A stretch of DNA of 64,000 bases, taken from assembly GCA_963677925.2 (NCBI GenBank), contig CAXXYH010000003.1, forward strand, positions 2,048,001 to 2,112,000, given 5' to 3'. Position 1 is the first letter of the stretch. Each line of letters opens with the position of its first letter. Under the pieces are notes generated by a model. That model did no database searches. It saw only the letters and a program-made list of their open reading frames with translations, and had not been told where the DNA came from. The translations under genes were made by a program, and so were the position numbers. This DNA is from Spirochaetia bacterium. Its GTDB lineage: Bacteria > Spirochaetota > Spirochaetia > UBA9216. This document shows, piece after piece, positions 18,688 through 28,606 of this stretch.

Positions 18688-20085
18688 TTATTTTGCTTTA
18701 AAAGCCTTCCAGGCTCTTTCTCTGTATATTTCCGCTGTTGCTGCAGGATCTTCCGCAGCGATGATTCCGCGGCCGACTATGATGCAGTCCGCACCACCTG
18801 CCATCGCATCCTCAACTGAAAGGTACTGCTGCCCCAGTTTGTCGCCGCCCTGCTGAAGCTGTACGCCCGGCATAAGCAGAAGCTGATTCTGCGGAATCTT
18901 TTTCCTGAATGCTTTGATATCCTCCACAGAACTTCCATGTCCGATATAGCCTGATACGTATTCCGGATTTGACTTTCCGGTTGAAATAACCTTATCGGTG
19001 TAATCAGGTGTTATCAGATTGCCCTTACTCGACATTCTGGCAAGAAGGAAAGCCGCCTGGCCGTTGCCGTCTGAGTTTTTATATCCCTCGCTGAACAGGC
19101 CTTTCAGGGTTCCCTCGCCTGCGATCAGGTGGCTTGTTACACAGTCTGTCCATTCTGCAATCCGGTATACACCGCCCCGGAACTGATGGCTGACAGTATT
19201 TCCGATATCAGCAAACTTGCGGTCTTCAAAAATCAGGAAGTCCTTATCTGAAGCAAGTTTTCTGAGCCTTGTGATGAAGTCCGGGGTAAAGCCCCTGATG
19301 ATATCAACATGGGTTTTAACCATGGCAATGTACATTGCAGTAGTTTCCAGTATGCTGAAAAACTTTTCCGGGTCCTCGGTATCAAGCGAGAGGATAAGAT
19401 TTGTCTTCTTCCTTTCAATTACACCAAGAAGCCTGTCAGTAAAGCTGTTGGCCTCTACACTGTTTTCAACTGCGGCAGGTTTTGACGGAGCAATACCCGA
19501 GGTAAAAGCTTTTATCTCATCAGCCTTTGACTTCTCAAGGCTTCCGTCTTCCAGAAGTACACTGACAACCTCATCCAACGATACGAGACTGTGAAGTTTC
19601 AGACCCTCAGCAGCAAGTTCTGCAGTTCCGTTCAGGCTGCGGTCAATCACGACCAGAATGTCCTCTACGCTGAAGCCTTCCATCCTCAGGCTGTCGGCTG
19701 TTTCAAACTTTGAGCTTCCGGTTGTAATCAGGTCGTCAACAACAAGGCACTTTCCCTTAAGGTCGGGGTCGCCGACAACCAGACCGCCTGCTCCGTATGT
19801 CTTCTCTTCCTTGCGCAGCATGAACAGGGGTTTCTTAAGCCTTTCCGCCATAATCACAGCCGAAGGAAGTGCAGTGTAAGGTATTCCGGTTATGCATTTA
19901 AAATCCAGTTCAGCAGCCTTTTCCGTGAGCATTGTGCACATCAAATCGTGAAGTTCCGGATGCGATATCACCTTCCTGAGATCCAGATAGAAGGGAGATT
20001 CCAGTCCGCTTTTAAGGGTAAACTTTCCAAACTTTACAGCCCCGATGCTGTAAAGCCCCTTGATAAATTTTGTCTTGTTATCCAA
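18688..20085 (-). CDS. Bifunctional UMP synthase (OPRTase-OMP decarboxylase fusion, PyrE-PyrF)
   Basis: N-terminal [16 protein letters not shown] and VVDDLITTG (OPRTase). C-terminal [26 protein letters not shown] and IIVGRGI (Ura3-type ODCase). Confidence 0.93.
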   Translation of the reverse strand: MDNKTKFIKGLYSIGAVKFGKFTLKSGLESPFYLDLRKVISHPELHDLMCTMLTEKAAELDFKCITGIPYTALPSAVIMAERLKKPLFMLRKEEKTYGAGGLVVGDPDLKGKCLVVDDLITTGSSKFETADSLRMEGFSVEDILVVIDRSLNGTAELAAEGLKLHSLVSLDEVVSVLLEDGSLEKSKADEIKAFTSGIAPSKPAAVENSVEANSFTDRLLGVIERKKTNLILSLDTEDPEKFFSILETTAMYIAMVKTHVDIIRGFTPDFITRLRKLASDKDFLIFEDRKFADIGNTVSHQFRGGVYRIAEWTDCVTSHLIAGEGTLKGLFSEGYKNSDGNGQAAFLLARMSSKGNLITPDYTDKVISTGKSNPEYVSGYIGHGSSVEDIKAFRKKIPQNQLLLMPGVQLQQGGDKLGQQYLSVEDAMAGGADCIIVGRGIIAAEDPAATAEIYRERAWKAFKAK

Positions 20086-21442
20086 TTATTTTTCCTCCGG
20101 TTATGGTTTTATATATTCTGGTTTTAAGCCGCATTCCGTTGTACGGCGAATACTTTGCCTTTGTTCTGAATGATGCAGCATCAACACTGTATTCCGGACA
20201 AGTCTCAATTACTGCAAGAGATGCGGCAGCGCCATGTTCGATTTTACCCGCCTTACTTATTCCGAAAATCTCTGCTGCCCGTCCGGATGTAAAATGCTGA
20301 AGCCTTGAAACGGATTCCGGATTAACCCCGCCGCTGAAACCGAAAACAAATCCGGCCGCAAGCGGAAGGACCGTTTCAAGCCCCGGAAATCCTGAAGGTG
20401 ATGCCATAAAATCATCTGATTTATCCTGCGGGATATGCGGAGCATGGTCAGTACCGAAAAGGTCAATCGCGGCAGTACCTGAGAAACTTAAAGCATCACA
20501 GAACGCCTTTTCAATCATCTGTCGCTCAAGAGAGTCTCGGACAGGAGGATTGACCCTGGCCCAGGACTGAGGCCCTCCGTATACCTTCAGGGTTGTATCC
20601 AGAAGGAGGTGATGTGGAGTGAGTTCTCCATAAACAGAATCTTCTCCAAATCTTTTTTTATGGTTCAATATCATGTATATTTCCGCCGCTGTTGAAACAT
20701 GACAGAGATATACTTTCGCTGATGTATCCGAGGCAAGCTTCAAAACCAGATTGGTTCCAGCTGCCGCAGCCTCTGCAGGCCTTAGAATATTATGAAGTTC
20801 AAGACCCTTAAATCCAGCCGACCATTTGCCCGGCTTCCTGAGTTTTTCAGCCAGCTCGGAATGAACAGCAACAGGCTTGCCTGCTTCAGAAGCAGCGGCA
20901 AAAACCCGCCTTAGAAAATCCTCAGCAGAGCTGCTGCTGTTTCCGCTTGATTCGGATAGAAAAATCTTAACACCGGGAACATCAGGTTCATCTAACAGTG
21001 CCGGGAGCTCATCGATAGAATCCTCTGAACAGCCTGCCCAGAAAAATCTTTTCAGCGGAAGACCGGCCTGATCAGCCTCTGATGCTGCCTCCCGTTTCAT
21101 TTTAAGGACATCCATTGATTCAAAGGCCGGACTGTTATTGGGCATGTCAAAAACTGCCGTTACACCGCCGTGAAGGGCCGCTGAAGCGCCGGAAACCCAG
21201 TCTTCCTTATTGGATGCGCCGGGACAGCGAAAGTGTACGTGGGGGTCTATCATTCCGGGAATTACCGTCTTTCCGGCAAGATCAAGCTCATCGCAGCCGG
21301 TACTGTTCTTAAGCTTATGGCCATCTGCAGACACAGAAATTATCTTTGCAGAGTCAATTTCCACATCAACAGAACCGCCTGAAGTAAGACAGTTTCTTAA
21401 AATGAGCCTTTTAAAATCAGCTGAATCTGATACAGCATTCAT
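20078..21442 (-). CDS. pyrC: Dihydroorotase
   Basis: [30 protein letters not shown] and TDHAPH motifs; lies in the pyr operon. Confidence 0.9.
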   Translation of the reverse strand: MNAVSDSADFKRLILRNCLTSGGSVDVEIDSAKIISVSADGHKLKNSTGCDELDLAGKTVIPGMIDPHVHFRCPGASNKEDWVSGASAALHGGVTAVFDMPNNSPAFESMDVLKMKREAASEADQAGLPLKRFFWAGCSEDSIDELPALLDEPDVPGVKIFLSESSGNSSSSAEDFLRRVFAAASEAGKPVAVHSELAEKLRKPGKWSAGFKGLELHNILRPAEAAAAGTNLVLKLASDTSAKVYLCHVSTAAEIYMILNHKKRFGEDSVYGELTPHHLLLDTTLKVYGGPQSWARVNPPVRDSLERQMIEKAFCDALSFSGTAAIDLFGTDHAPHIPQDKSDDFMASPSGFPGLETVLPLAAGFVFGFSGGVNPESVSRLQHFTSGRAAEIFGISKAGKIEHGAAASLAVIETCPEYSVDAASFRTKAKYSPYNGMRLKTRIYKTITGGKIIG

Positions 21443-22365
21443 CTTGCAGACTCCCCGGCAAATCGGTTTTTGAACTTTTCAACACTGCCGCTTGCCGTCC
21501 TTTTATAAACTCCGAAATCCTCAAGCTGCTCCACCAGCGCCCTGCTTAGTGCCGGTCCCTCCTTGCAGACTCTGATTCCGGAGGGGTCCATTACACAGGA
21601 ACCGCAAATACCGATTGCACATTTCATATAGCGCTCGAAGAGAAAATCGTAATCCATGTCCGGACCGAATACCTGAATGAGGCTTTTCATCATCAGGTCC
21701 GGGCCGGAAGAATATACAAAGTTGTACTCACCCTTCATTGATTCAAGCGCCGCAGCAGCGGTTCCTTCGAAGACGTCCGAAGCTCCGCATGCATCCTCGG
21801 CCACTCCTGTAAAAATAACCCCGAGAGCCTCGAATCTTTCCCGGAACAGGATGTCTGCAGCTGTTCTTCCGGCTGATATAACCCTGATATCCGACCGTGA
21901 TGCACCGCTTTCGATAAGCTTTACAGCAAGCAGGTAAAGAGGCGGAAGTCCGAATCCGCCTCCGGCGAGCACCGGCCGAAAATTTTTGGGTTCAATACCT
22001 GCACGGGCGGCTGATTGATGGCTCAGGTCCGCATTGTCACCGGCTGCTGCTGAACCTGCTTCCGAGCGGTCTTCGCCGGGTATAAAAAAAGAGGAACCGT
22101 AAGGTCCCCTGATACTGATAATATCTCCCTCATGAAGGTTGAACAGGCGGGCGGTAAAATTGCCTACTTTTTTAATGGTTACCGAAAGGCCGGCATCGTC
22201 ACAGGCGGATATAGAAAAGGGCTTTTCCCCGCCGTTGAAATCCGTAAGCATTACAAACTGGCCGGCTGCTGCGCCTGGATTGAAATCAAACCTGAATGTT
22301 CTTACATCAGGAGTTTCTTCGATTATTTCTGCAATCGGTATTGTAATTCTTCTGTCTTTAACCAT
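21439..22365 (-). CDS. pyrK: Dihydroorotate dehydrogenase B electron-transfer subunit
   Basis: GQFVML, EKPFS, RGPYG and ERYMKCAIGICGSC...VCKEGP [2Fe-2S] motifs. Confidence 0.9.
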   Translation of the reverse strand: MVKDRRITIPIAEIIEETPDVRTFRFDFNPGAAAGQFVMLTDFNGGEKPFSISACDDAGLSVTIKKVGNFTARLFNLHEGDIISIRGPYGSSFFIPGEDRSEAGSAAAGDNADLSHQSAARAGIEPKNFRPVLAGGGFGLPPLYLLAVKLIESGASRSDIRVISAGRTAADILFRERFEALGVIFTGVAEDACGASDVFEGTAAAALESMKGEYNFVYSSGPDLMMKSLIQVFGPDMDYDFLFERYMKCAIGICGSCVMDPSGIRVCKEGPALSRALVEQLEDFGVYKRTASGSVEKFKNRFAGESAR

Positions 22366-22375
22366 ATTTTACTCC

Positions 22376-22408
22376 AAAAAAAACCGGATCATAAAAAATG
22401 ATCCGGTT
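22376..22408 (-). terminator. Intrinsic terminator between pyrD and pyrK
   Basis: Minus strand AACCGGATCAT-TTTTT-ATGATCCGGTT running into a T8 tract; the stem starts in the pyrD stop codon. Confidence 0.75.
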
Positions 22409-23322
22409 CAATATATCCGACTGATATCAGTCACTGCGGTCAGCTGCTTTCTTTCAAGAAAACATCTGATGCCGTCATTAATTTCTCTGAAAACCTCAGG
22501 TCCGCTGTAATAGACAGCCGTCCCGACTCCGACTAGATCCGCTCCCGCCATGATCATCTCGACCGCATCCTGCCAGTTCGAAATTCCGCCCATTCCGATA
22601 ATCGGAAGACTGATACCAGCTTTTCGGCACTCATAAACCAGCCGGAGTGCAACAGGCTTGATACAGGGCCCCGATAGTCCTCCGGTCACATTGAACAGAA
22701 CCGGACGGGCAGCTTCGATATCCACCGCAATACCGGGACCTATTGTATTAATCATACACAGTGCATCAGCCCCTGCTTCGGCAGCTGCTGCAGCAATATT
22801 TGTAAACCCTGTAACATTCGGAGAAAGCTTTGCTATAACCGGAAGCCTGCTGACAGATTTAACCGCAGATACAATCTCGGCGACCGACACCGCAGATGCA
22901 GCAAGCGGAACTCCAAACTCATCCATCACATTGGGACAAGAGAGGTTCAGCTCAAGAAAATCAGCATTTGATGAATTAGCTTTTTCAGCAAGCAACCTGA
23001 AACCGTTAACATCGGTCGCAAAGATACTGAGGTTGAGAACTCCTGTATTCCTGCTGAATTTCTGAAGTTCGCTTATACCTTCATCGATACCCGGGTTGCA
23101 TAAGCCCATACAGTTGAGCATACCGCCCTCAACTTCGGCAACGACCGGACCTTCATGTCCTTTACGAGGTTCAATTGTAAGTGATTTTGAAGTTACTATC
23201 CCGGCGCCTGTACCGGAGAGTGAGTTAAGACTGGAGAATGAAATATCAAGGACACCGGCGGGCAGTACCAGCGGTGAACTCAGCTCTTTCCCAAGAAACT
23301 CTGTCCTTAATATCTTATCCAT
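22408..23322 (-). CDS. pyrD: Dihydroorotate dehydrogenase B catalytic subunit
   Basis: KS, MLNCMGLCNPG, ELNLSCPNV, KLSPN, INT and GGLSG motifs. Start MDKILRT with SD GGAAGGA. Confidence 0.93.
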   Translation of the reverse strand: MDKILRTEFLGKELSSPLVLPAGVLDISFSSLNSLSGTGAGIVTSKSLTIEPRKGHEGPVVAEVEGGMLNCMGLCNPGIDEGISELQKFSRNTGVLNLSIFATDVNGFRLLAEKANSSNADFLELNLSCPNVMDEFGVPLAASAVSVAEIVSAVKSVSRLPVIAKLSPNVTGFTNIAAAAAEAGADALCMINTIGPGIAVDIEAARPVLFNVTGGLSGPCIKPVALRLVYECRKAGISLPIIGMGGISNWQDAVEMIMAGADLVGVGTAVYYSGPEVFREINDGIRCFLERKQLTAVTDISRIY

Positions 23323-23452
23323 ATCCTTCCACTTGAGATTTTTGCGAGAATAACTGTTTTTTGTATGATCTGTCAATGCCGAATGAGGGCATATTGCACA
23401 ATTAATCAAATTTTCTGCTTTACAGCCTAATATCTCCTGCTTAGAATAGCTT

Positions 23453-24040
23453 ATGGGTCAAAAAAACGGCATAAAACTTCTTTTTCCGCTTTTGGCAGCA
23501 GTAATATCACTGCTTGCTGCAGGCTGTTCAGAAGAACAGCCCCCTTCTGTTGAAAAACTTGAAGCCTCGGTCCGCAGCATTTCCTCGGTACCGGCATGCG
23601 AGCAGCTCTATCGTGATATTGTATATATCGGAGAAGAGCAGAAACTGTTGTTTTTTAAAACCGTGGACAAGCAGCTGCTTTTCTCAATAGATATAATAGT
23701 ACAGGCAGGAATAGAGAATACCGATCTGATAGAAATCCAGTACACCGGAAACAGTGACAGCGGCATACCTTCAGTTGTCATCAGCCTTCCGGACCCGGTA
23801 ATTCTTGACGTGGATGCCGATGAATCATCTATAGAACAGTTTTTTATTAAAGAGTACGGAAAGGCCGTCACAAGACTGGAATACTATGATGAGATTAACC
23901 GTAAAAAAGAGGAAATAAAGGCTGACGCTGTTAAGAACGGCATCCTTGAAAGAGCTGATGCCAATATCAGAAACCTGATTAGCAATATGATGAACCTTGC
24001 AGGGGTTGAGGTTAAAGAATACAGGAGGAAGGAAGGATGA
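23453..24040 (+). CDS. DUF4230-like lipoprotein
   Basis: Lipobox LAAGC; VQAGI...ISLPDPVI...GILERADAN pattern typical of DUF4230. Confidence 0.65.
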   Translation: MGQKNGIKLLFPLLAAVISLLAAGCSEEQPPSVEKLEASVRSISSVPACEQLYRDIVYIGEEQKLLFFKTVDKQLLFSIDIIVQAGIENTDLIEIQYTGNSDSGIPSVVISLPDPVILDVDADESSIEQFFIKEYGKAVTRLEYYDEINRKKEEIKADAVKNGILERADANIRNLISNMMNLAGVEVKEYRRKEG

Positions 24041-24801
24041 GCAGAAAATCTTCCTCTAAAAGATTCCCCTTCCGCCTGCTTCTGATCCTCATGATTATTG
24101 CAGGTTTAATTTTACTTCTTTTTGCAGCAGAGAGAGTATTTGATTTTGATATTCCAAATCCCTTCTACCGGGTAAACAGAATCCGGAACAGTACCGTAAT
24201 TCTTGATGACATACGTGATACAGCACGCCTGAATACTGTTGAGCTTGTTTATAAAACAGTATTTCCCTACGATCTTATTCCTGAAGATACAGACTGGTCC
24301 GGTCTTTTCAGACGGCTCCGAAGCGGCGGCAGTATGAGTGCGCAAGAGCTGGAACTGCTTGCGGTTTTCGGAATAGCAGCTGATGCCGGAATAGATTTAA
24401 GCGCTAAAGAACATCAGTTTGCAGTAATAACAGCAAGACTGACAGCAGGTTATGATTTTGCAGGGACTCCGTTTGAGGATCCGGAAAAATACAGTGAAGA
24501 TGCAGCCGATTTTATCCGTTATGATGATGAATCAAAGAGTCTGTACATTCGGCTTCCCGAGGCAAAGATAACTGAAATTAAGGTTGATGATGAAGACAGC
24601 AGCAGCTACGGCTATCCGGATATGAAGGTCTCACCTGAACAGTGGCGGGTTCTAAGCGGAATTATTACAGAACACATAAAATCAGAAGCCCGCAAACGCA
24701 GACTGACAGAGATTGCAGAAGAAAGGGGAAAAGCCGTAATAAAAAAGATGTTCAGTGCGTCAGGTTACAAAAATATTATTTTTACTGATCAGATTCGATA
24801 A
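24037..24801 (+). CDS. DUF4230-like membrane-anchored protein
   Basis: N-terminal TM; ARLNTVE, LTAGYDF, IRLPEAKIT and GYKNIIF patterns; ATGA overlap with the previous gene. Confidence 0.65.
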   Translation: MSRKSSSKRFPFRLLLILMIIAGLILLLFAAERVFDFDIPNPFYRVNRIRNSTVILDDIRDTARLNTVELVYKTVFPYDLIPEDTDWSGLFRRLRSGGSMSAQELELLAVFGIAADAGIDLSAKEHQFAVITARLTAGYDFAGTPFEDPEKYSEDAADFIRYDDESKSLYIRLPEAKITEIKVDDEDSSSYGYPDMKVSPEQWRVLSGIITEHIKSEARKRRLTEIAEERGKAVIKKMFSASGYKNIIFTDQIR

Positions 24802-27211
24802 ATCCGCTGGATGAAAGATAATCTTTCAGGTTTGTAAAGGCTTCCAGCAGGCTCTTGTAATTGCTTTCCGAAAGCTCCTTCTGGCCGTCACGGCATGAGT
24901 ATTCCAGCTCCCTTGCGGCTTCGCCAAGCTGCTTCATCTCAAGATTAAGAGCACTGCCCTTGATTGAATGCGCAATTTCGCGTCCGGTCTCAAGCTTATC
25001 AGCTGCAAGGGCGGATGAAAGATCCGGTATCTGTCCATCCACCTTTTTCACATAATCGTTGATCAGCTTTCTTACTGTGTCTTCATTGCCAAGAAATGTA
25101 TCTACTGCTTCCTTGAAGTCAAAAATTTCACTCATATCCGGTTCCGGCTCCTTTTGTATGTTCTTTACAGGTTCTGCAGAAACCTCTTCGGCAGCTGCTT
25201 CATGTCTTTTCCCGCGCCACTTTGAAAGTACAATATCTATATCCTTTTTCTTAAACGGCTTTGTCAGGAAGTCCGACATACCGGATGCCAGACATTTTTC
25301 ACGCTCTCCCTTGATGGCACTTGCGGTTACGGCAACTATGGGCGCATCAAATCCCAGCCGGCGAATTTCCGTCGAAGCTTCATATCCGTTCATTTCAGGC
25401 ATCTGACAGTCCATAAAGATTATATCCGGCGCCGCTTCTTTTACACTCTCTACAGCTTCAAGACCGTTCGAGGCAACAACTACATCACATCCCAGATTCA
25501 CAAGTATAGCCTTGAAAAGCTGCTGATTGACTTCATGATCCTCGGCAACAATTGCAAGAGGCCGGCCGGTATCAATGTCATCATCCAGAGGAAGAAGTTC
25601 ACATGCTTCGTCATCTTCCGCGGCTGTCTGCATTCCGGCAAAAACTGAAAACAGCTGTTCTTTTTTTACCGGTTTATTCAGATATCCGCTGAACCACTGC
25701 AGCAGCTTCATTTTTGCCTCTTCAGCGCCCCTTCCGGAGGGACTTACAAGATACATTTTCAGCTGATTCAGAGAGGAAAAGGCCGGATCGCTGCGCAGCG
25801 AATTTATCTCACTGGCCATATACCAGCCGTCCATTCCGGGCATTATCTGGTCGATAAAGCATGCTGAATACGGGTGTTCCGAGGCCGCAGCCCCCTTTAG
25901 CATCTCTAACGCCTTTGCGCCTGAGGAGGCCTGCTCGACCGAACAGCCCAGCTCTGAAAGATATGCTGAAAGATTCAGGCGGGCTGTATCATTATCATCA
26001 ACAACAAGAACGAGCTCACCGGAATGCGTATTCCTGTAGGAAATAAAGGGACTTTCGTCCTTCTGTTTTTTAAACTTTGCAGTAAACCAGAAAACCGATC
26101 CCTGTCCCGATTCCGACTCGACACCTATCTCTCCGCCCATTATCCGGCAGAGGTTTTTTGATATGGTGAGCCCCAGACCGGTTCCGCCGTATTTTCTGGT
26201 AGTGGAAGAATCAACCTGTGAAAACTCCCGGAACAGAACATTCATCTTATCAGCCGGGATTCCAATTCCTGTGTCTCTTACCCTGAAAAGGATAAGCGCA
26301 TCATCCTCACCATCTTCGGCCAGGCTGATTCTTAGTTCGATCTCACCTGATTCAGTGAACTTCATGGCGTTATTGAAAAGGTTTACAACAATCTGCCTGA
26401 GCCTTGTCGGATCTCCGAACACCAGATGGGGAACATCGGGTTCAATATACAGTGATGCTTCAAGGTGCTTCTTATGAGCTTCGAGCGCAATCAGATCGAC
26501 TGCACTGTGGGCAACCTCCAGCAGATCCATCTCAATATTTTCAAGTTTAAGTTTACCTGATTCTATCTTCTCAACATCCAGAATATCGTTTATCAGGCTG
26601 AGAAGAACTTCAGCTGAAAACATTATCTGGCCGGTATATTCCTTCTGCTCGGCATCCAGGGCTGTCTCGTTAATAAGCTCGGACATACCGATGATAGTGT
26701 GAATTGGAGTGCGGATTTCATGACTCATATTAGCCAGAAATTCTGATTTTGTTTTTGTAGCTTTTTCTGCTTCAAGCTGGGCTGATAAAGCGGTGGTTTT
26801 CTGCTGCTCAGCAAGAGTCTTTGCCTTTTTAAGCTGCTTTTCAAGAACTATCTGACCGGTAATATCTTCGGAAACAAAAAGCAGTACATTTGAGTCAAGA
26901 TGCGCTGAAAAAACTGCCGAAACAAATAGCCGGCACCAGCCGTATTTATTTCCGTCTTTGTAGAACCTTGCATCAAATCTGATACTTTCTTTCTTTCCTT
27001 CTATGAGGGTTTTTATATTGCTTCCAAGGGTCTGTGCGTCTTCTTTGAATATATTGGTATAAAAACTTTTGCCTTCAGCCGCTCTGAAAAACAGTCTTTC
27101 CGATGACGGATTTATCCTCATGATTGTTCCGTCATAATCGGTAACTGTCATTCCAAGCGGAGAAACTTTAAAAACTTCGTTGGTAAACTGTCCTATTTTT
27201 TCCATAACCAC
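24782..27211 (-). CDS. Cytoplasmic hybrid histidine kinase (PAS-HisKA-HATPase-REC-REC-Hpt)
   Basis: FLANMSHEIRTP, NLFNNAMKFT, DTGIGI, YGGTGLGL, two receiver domains and AHSIKGSA (Hpt). Confidence 0.95.
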   Translation of the reverse strand: MVMEKIGQFTNEVFKVSPLGMTVTDYDGTIMRINPSSERLFFRAAEGKSFYTNIFKEDAQTLGSNIKTLIEGKKESIRFDARFYKDGNKYGWCRLFVSAVFSAHLDSNVLLFVSEDITGQIVLEKQLKKAKTLAEQQKTTALSAQLEAEKATKTKSEFLANMSHEIRTPIHTIIGMSELINETALDAEQKEYTGQIMFSAEVLLSLINDILDVEKIESGKLKLENIEMDLLEVAHSAVDLIALEAHKKHLEASLYIEPDVPHLVFGDPTRLRQIVVNLFNNAMKFTESGEIELRISLAEDGEDDALILFRVRDTGIGIPADKMNVLFREFSQVDSSTTRKYGGTGLGLTISKNLCRIMGGEIGVESESGQGSVFWFTAKFKKQKDESPFISYRNTHSGELVLVVDDNDTARLNLSAYLSELGCSVEQASSGAKALEMLKGAAASEHPYSACFIDQIMPGMDGWYMASEINSLRSDPAFSSLNQLKMYLVSPSGRGAEEAKMKLLQWFSGYLNKPVKKEQLFSVFAGMQTAAEDDEACELLPLDDDIDTGRPLAIVAEDHEVNQQLFKAILVNLGCDVVVASNGLEAVESVKEAAPDIIFMDCQMPEMNGYEASTEIRRLGFDAPIVAVTASAIKGEREKCLASGMSDFLTKPFKKKDIDIVLSKWRGKRHEAAAEEVSAEPVKNIQKEPEPDMSEIFDFKEAVDTFLGNEDTVRKLINDYVKKVDGQIPDLSSALAADKLETGREIAHSIKGSALNLEMKQLGEAARELEYSCRDGQKELSESNYKSLLEAFTNLKDYLSSSGFIESDQ

Positions 27212-27220
27212 TGCTGCAGA

Positions 27221-28477
27221 TTAGAAATCTGAAACAAGAACTTCGAAGGCCTTCTTCTGCAGATTTTCGGGTTTCAGAGGTTTTATCATGTAGCTCTTGA
27301 CGCCGAAACTCATAGCCTTGCTTACTGTTTCCTTTCTTGTCAGAGCAGAGAATACGATGATCGGAATATTTACACCAAGCTGCTTAAGATACTGAAGAAC
27401 CTGAAACCCGTTCATTTCAGGCATCATCAAATCAAGGAAGATCAGGTCAAACTTGGCATCCTTTAATCCATCGACAAACTCTTTACCGTTATTAAAAGTG
27501 ACCATGTTCCAGCCGGTATCCGAAAGTACGGTCTTAACCAGTTCCTGAATGACAATATCATCATCGACAATAGCAATATTAGCTTCAGGGACAACACGTT
27601 CTTCTTCGGCCTCAGGCTGCATCTGTTCACCTTCAAAACGCATCTCAATAGACTCTTCCGTATCCTTTACTGGAGCTGTTCTGGTAAGAATTCTGTCCTG
27701 AGCTACTTCATCGTGTGCTATCTGATCGGGTTTAAGACCAAGCAGATCATCCATAGCCTTTTCAAGGCTGTCAGTCACTTCAATACCGCGGTAATCGGCA
27801 TTCTTTTTAATGAAATTCTTAACAAATTCATTTCCGGCCAGTATTTTAATGAATCTCGGACGGCTTTCAGTCTGAAGTATTATTGTGTCCATAAGAAGCT
27901 TCAGTTTATCGCTGTCGCCTTCACCGAGTTCAATATTGGACATCATCATGAGGACCTTCGGCGTATTCACAGCATATAACTGCATCAGTTCGGTAATTTT
28001 GAACTTCAGAAGCTCGATCTTTTCAGCATTAAGCCCCATTGCTATTTCAATAAAAAGTATATCATCATTGAAATGTGCTTCGATGATACATGGTGTGCGG
28101 TCGATTTCCAGTTTCACCTGTAAAAAACCCGAAATAGTCTGAAGCAGAGCATCGAGTTTAAGCGGCTTTGAAAAGAACTTTTTTACGTTATATTTTGCTA
28201 CAGTAAGTATTTTCTGCCGATCGATTTTCGAAGAAACCATAATAACCGGAACGTCATTAACGTTCGGGTCTTTTGATTTATCCATGAGAAATTCGAGGCT
28301 GGATTTTCTGGAAAGGTAGTATTCCATGATAACAAGGTCCGGAAGTTCACTGCGAAGTTTCAAATTACCTTCGAATCCGTTTTTCGCTTCAACTATTTCA
28401 AACCCGTTTTCTCTAAGTTTGTTTGCAAGATATTCCCTGAATAGATTTGATTCATCAATTATCAGGATTTTTTTCAT
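27221..28477 (-). CDS. Double-receiver response regulator
   Basis: N-terminal REC (ILIIDES, DLVIME, KP) and C-terminal REC (IVDDD, DLIFLDLMMP, KP) flanking an unknown domain. Confidence 0.85.
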   Translation of the reverse strand: MKKILIIDESNLFREYLANKLRENGFEIVEAKNGFEGNLKLRSELPDLVIMEYYLSRKSSLEFLMDKSKDPNVNDVPVIMVSSKIDRQKILTVAKYNVKKFFSKPLKLDALLQTISGFLQVKLEIDRTPCIIEAHFNDDILFIEIAMGLNAEKIELLKFKITELMQLYAVNTPKVLMMMSNIELGEGDSDKLKLLMDTIILQTESRPRFIKILAGNEFVKNFIKKNADYRGIEVTDSLEKAMDDLLGLKPDQIAHDEVAQDRILTRTAPVKDTEESIEMRFEGEQMQPEAEEERVVPEANIAIVDDDIVIQELVKTVLSDTGWNMVTFNNGKEFVDGLKDAKFDLIFLDLMMPEMNGFQVLQYLKQLGVNIPIIVFSALTRKETVSKAMSFGVKSYMIKPLKPENLQKKAFEVLVSDF

Positions 28478-28539
28478 ATTAACCCCTATCGAAAAGAACC
28501 GGGAACAGTTATTTTTTTCTCTATTCCCGGTTTACTTTA

Positions 28540-28566
28540 TTATCGACAAAAATTTTTAAGAATTCA
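28540..28566 (-). promoter_or_regulatory. Candidate sigma28 promoter for the response regulator/kinase operon
   Basis: Minus strand TGAA-N15-GTCGATAA, with one mismatch per box against TAAA-N15-GCCGATAA. Confidence 0.55.
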
Positions 28567-28606
28567 ATTTAAGGGGTTAATTTCTCATAATTTTGCATTC
28601 AGCCGT

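Noticed and set aside
23323-23409. N-terminal extensions of pyrD, pheS (32085-32120) and BMP (54316-54357) in the ORF track
   Set aside because: Downstream ATGs have clear SD sequences and fit family lengths; the pyrD extension also overlaps its promoter.
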